A stretch of DNA of 27,900 nt, from IMG/VR virus record IMGVR_UViG_3300032203_000022, positions 1 through 27,900 of that record, one strand, 5' to 3'. This DNA comes from a virus. Lineage: Duplodnaviria > Caudoviricetes. The notes beneath the pieces are model-generated. The model did not search any database. It saw only the letters and a program-made list of their open reading frames with translations, and had not been told where the DNA came from. The position numbers were made by a program, and so were the translations under genes. Shown here piece by piece: positions 25,758 through 27,900 of this stretch (the stretch's first letter is position 1; the number at the start of each line of letters is the position of its first letter).

Positions 25758-26092
25758 TTGTGGTGCCACCAGATCCGGCAGCGGGTGACGATGTACCAGA
25801 TTATCCCGGAAAAAACAGTCAGGGCTGGGAGAGACGGAGAAAACCCGAATATCCCCTGGTTGTTTTCCGGGGTGCTTGGTGATTGCATAACCATAAGAAG
25901 GCCTGTGATGATCATGAGCAATGCCAAGATGGTGTGCATTTTGAGCCGTTTGCTCGTCTGCTGGATGGTGGTCGATTGGGTGCCGATTGCTGCCGCTTCG
26001 GCGGCGCTGGAGACCGGGCAGCCGCAGTGTGGGCATGATGATGCCAGCGATGAGACCGGATGTGTGCATTCCCGGCATTGTGTCATTGCCAT
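25754..26092 (-). CDS. Zinc-ribbon membrane protein
   Basis: CREC...CPHCG followed by two hydrophobic segments; AAAGGTGA SD. Confidence 0.8.
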   Translation of the reverse strand: MAMTQCRECTHPVSSLASSCPHCGCPVSSAAEAAAIGTQSTTIQQTSKRLKMHTILALLMIITGLLMVMQSPSTPENNQGIFGFSPSLPALTVFSGIIWYIVTRCRIWWHHK

Positions 26093-26184
26093 TTTATCAC
26101 CTTTTTTTTAAATTTTGTCAGGCTGTGTTCCGATACTCCTTCCGCGTGGGATCAGGCAGATTATTTGCGCCGGTCCGTTTTTTT

Positions 26185-26541
26185 TTATTGGCAAAATCTT
26201 TCCCATATTGTTGTGAAATCTTCTCCGACTTGTTCTTCAAGGAAAGAGAGTTCTGGCTTTCCTCCAGAAATAAATCGCTGAAAACCACCATACCCTCCAA
26301 AGCTATTTTTTGAATTAACCTCTCCGCAGGTCATTGGGATATTGTCGGCGCCTTGGTTGAAATAGACATTGCGAAACTTTGCGGATTCCGGGTCTTTAAG
26401 GATTGTTTTTGCCGCGTCCATTCCTCTCTGCATCCACCCTATTTTTTTGTGGTCTGTTGTTTTATCAAGGAATTCCTGCTGGTCTGCGATTACTGGTTTC
26501 GAGATAAAGAGAATGGCAATAATCAGGAGTAGTTTTTTCAT
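26185..26541 (-). CDS. Exported protein of the KDPxSAxF...CGEVNxKNxFGGY type
   Basis: Signal peptide MKKLLLIIAILFISKPVIA; motif often seen in prophage immunity-region cargo; SD AAGGTGA. Confidence 0.8.
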   Translation of the reverse strand: MKKLLLIIAILFISKPVIADQQEFLDKTTDHKKIGWMQRGMDAAKTILKDPESAKFRNVYFNQGADNIPMTCGEVNSKNSFGGYGGFQRFISGGKPELSFLEEQVGEDFTTIWERFCQ

Positions 26542-26701
26542 TTCTTCACCTTTTCGTTAAATTTAAAAAAAAACACGTCATTGAAAATATGCGCGAGTTT
26601 TCCTTACTTTCCCACTGGGATTGTTTACGTATAAGTGTTTTTTACTGTGTGTCAGGATAAATTTACATTATCAATTATCTAGTGTTATTGGTAAAAAAAA
26701 A

Positions 26702-26800
26702 GCTGCCGCATCTCTTTTTTTGTAAGGTTTTTCTTGGGACGGACGATAGTGTCTTTCGGCCTGGTATAACCTTAAGCGCTGGCTGCCGCATCTCTTTTTT
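26702..26800. repeat. 19-bp direct repeat, two copies 80 bp apart
   Basis: GCTGCCGCATCTCTTTTTT at 26702-26720 and 26782-26800. Confidence 0.9.
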
Positions 26801-27362
26801 CGGCTGCCTGGCCGGCGATCATGGCGCGGATCATCTCTTTCAGCTCGGCCATATCCGCTTCATGCTGTTCCTTCATTTTTTGCAATTCATCCTTTACTCC
26901 ATGCATCTCGCCCTCCATTTTGACCGCTTGATGGAACGCCCTGACGTTTGACGCCAAGGCTGACCTGTAAACTGTCTGCGACTCAAGCACCTCGATGGTC
27001 ATGCTGAACGATTCTTCTGTTGGCGCCGGCTTGCTGTTTTGCTGCTGGAGCAACCGTTCCCGTGTCTCTGGTCTGCCTGGTTCGACGCGGGCGGCTATTT
27101 TGTTGTTTTGCTGCTGGGGCGTGGCTGATTTTTCGCCAACCAGAATCTGCCGCCCCATGGCCAACATGTCCTCGTAGGTGTAACCGAGGGCGGTGGCTAT
27201 TTTTTCTTGCAGTTTATGGGACGCTCTTCTTCTCTCGGCAGTAATATCGCTGATGTACTTTGACGTCACCCCGACATTATTGGCAATCTCCGCCTGAGTT
27301 ATCCCTCTGTTTTCAATGAGTTGCCTGAAGGCAACTCTGAATGATTCGTATGATCTTCCCAT
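26772..27362 (-). CDS. CI-like XRE-family repressor without an S24 peptidase domain
   Basis: RGITQAEIANNVGVTSKYISDITAERRRAS HTH; coiled-coil C-terminus; divergent from a cro-like gene. Confidence 0.85.
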   Translation of the reverse strand: MGRSYESFRVAFRQLIENRGITQAEIANNVGVTSKYISDITAERRRASHKLQEKIATALGYTYEDMLAMGRQILVGEKSATPQQQNNKIAARVEPGRPETRERLLQQQNSKPAPTEESFSMTIEVLESQTVYRSALASNVRAFHQAVKMEGEMHGVKDELQKMKEQHEADMAELKEMIRAMIAGQAAEKRDAAASA

Positions 27363-27447
27363 GAGAATATAATAACAAAATGTTATTTTTTATTCCACAT
27401 AAAAAATTGTTCTTGACAAACATAAAATGTTACATAACAATACGGAC
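27363..27447. promoter_or_regulatory. Lysis-lysogeny switch: divergent promoters and operators
   Basis: Leftward TGGAAT-17-TATTAT with extended TG; rightward TTGACA (27413-27418)-17-AACAAT; palindromes AATAACA-aaa-TGTTATT (27371-27387) and AACAT-aaa-ATGTT (27419-27431). Confidence 0.75.
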
Positions 27448-27852
27448 ATGATTCGCGGGATGAATACAAAAACAGCACAGGCTGTCGGAGTAACGGCAAA
27501 ATTCATCGGCGATATTTTTGCCGGGCGCCGCAGACCTTCGTCATCCCTGGCTGTCCGCCTGGAGTCCGTCACCGGCATTCCGGCGGCTGACTGGATCTTT
27601 GCCGAGCCGTGCGAGTTGCGGGAGCGGCTGGCGGCAATCTATGCCAAAAATGGTTTAGTAGAAGGGGGATGCAATGCGGAAATGATTAAGCAACCTTCAG
27701 ACATAGAAAAAGCGATCCAGGTGCTTGATTCCTCAATCAGAAGATTGCAGGAGGAGCGGCGGCGGTTAATTGCCTTGCTGCCTGATCTCAAGGAGCGCGG
27801 CAAAAGGCGCGATGATCGCAGTATGAAAGAGATGTTCGGAGGGCTTATATGA
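27448..27852 (+). CDS. Cro-like HTH regulator with a C-terminal coiled-coil extension (start 27448 or 27460)
   Basis: TAQAVGVTAKFIGDIFAGRRRPSSSLAVRLESVTGI HTH; divergent from the repressor. Confidence 0.8.
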   Translation: MIRGMNTKTAQAVGVTAKFIGDIFAGRRRPSSSLAVRLESVTGIPAADWIFAEPCELRERLAAIYAKNGLVEGGCNAEMIKQPSDIEKAIQVLDSSIRRLQEERRRLIALLPDLKERGKRRDDRSMKEMFGGLI

Positions 27853-27900
27853 TGGCAACTCCTCCTTCACGGGTGGCCGCTCGCCGTTCTGGGAATGTTC
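27849..27900 (+). CDS. Start of the next early gene (partial)
   Basis: ATGA overlap, GGAGGG SD, frame open to the window end; too short to assign a product. Confidence 0.35.
   Translation, partial: MMATPPSRVAARRSGNV

Larger units (their letters stand above)
1..27900. mobile_element. Temperate lambda-like siphophage genome segment (head, tail, lysis, attP, integrase, immunity)
   Basis: Collinear head-tail-lysis operon on +, integrase and repressor on -, no host housekeeping genes anywhere in the window. Confidence 0.97.

Noticed and set aside
24421-26111. Plus-strand ORFs 24421..24774, 24874..25536 and 25224..26111
   Set aside because: Antisense shadows of the integrase and cargo genes.

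Overview
About 28 kb of a temperate, lambda-like long-tailed (sipho-type) phage. It is most likely in excised/circular form, because lysis genes and integrase sit on either side of an attP carrying the 3' half of tRNA-Pro(CGG). Left to right: (1) a divergent leftward accessory cassette under a near-consensus sigma70 promoter with palindromes, where terminase would normally sit; (2) gpW-like adaptor, lambda-type portal, fused prohead protease-major capsid, neck genes, tail tube, a -1 frameshifted tail chaperone, tape measure, tail tip and a fibre with glycine-rich adhesin; (3) a visibly less GC-rich block with a MepA-like peptidase, two signal-peptide FN3-like proteins and a probable second fibre/spike set; (4) an unusual lysis cassette in which two tandem single-cluster ferredoxin-like genes lie between the holin-like genes and an SLT endolysin, followed by a phospholipase A2/DUF1353-like gene where spanins are expected and three tiny Cys-rich ORFs; (5) attP, tyrosine integrase, three envelope-targeted cargo genes, and a cI/cro-like switch that looks leaderless. 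The best candidate for an undescribed system is the Fe-S-containing, apparently spanin-less lysis cassette. All product calls come from motif recognition and gene order, not database searches.
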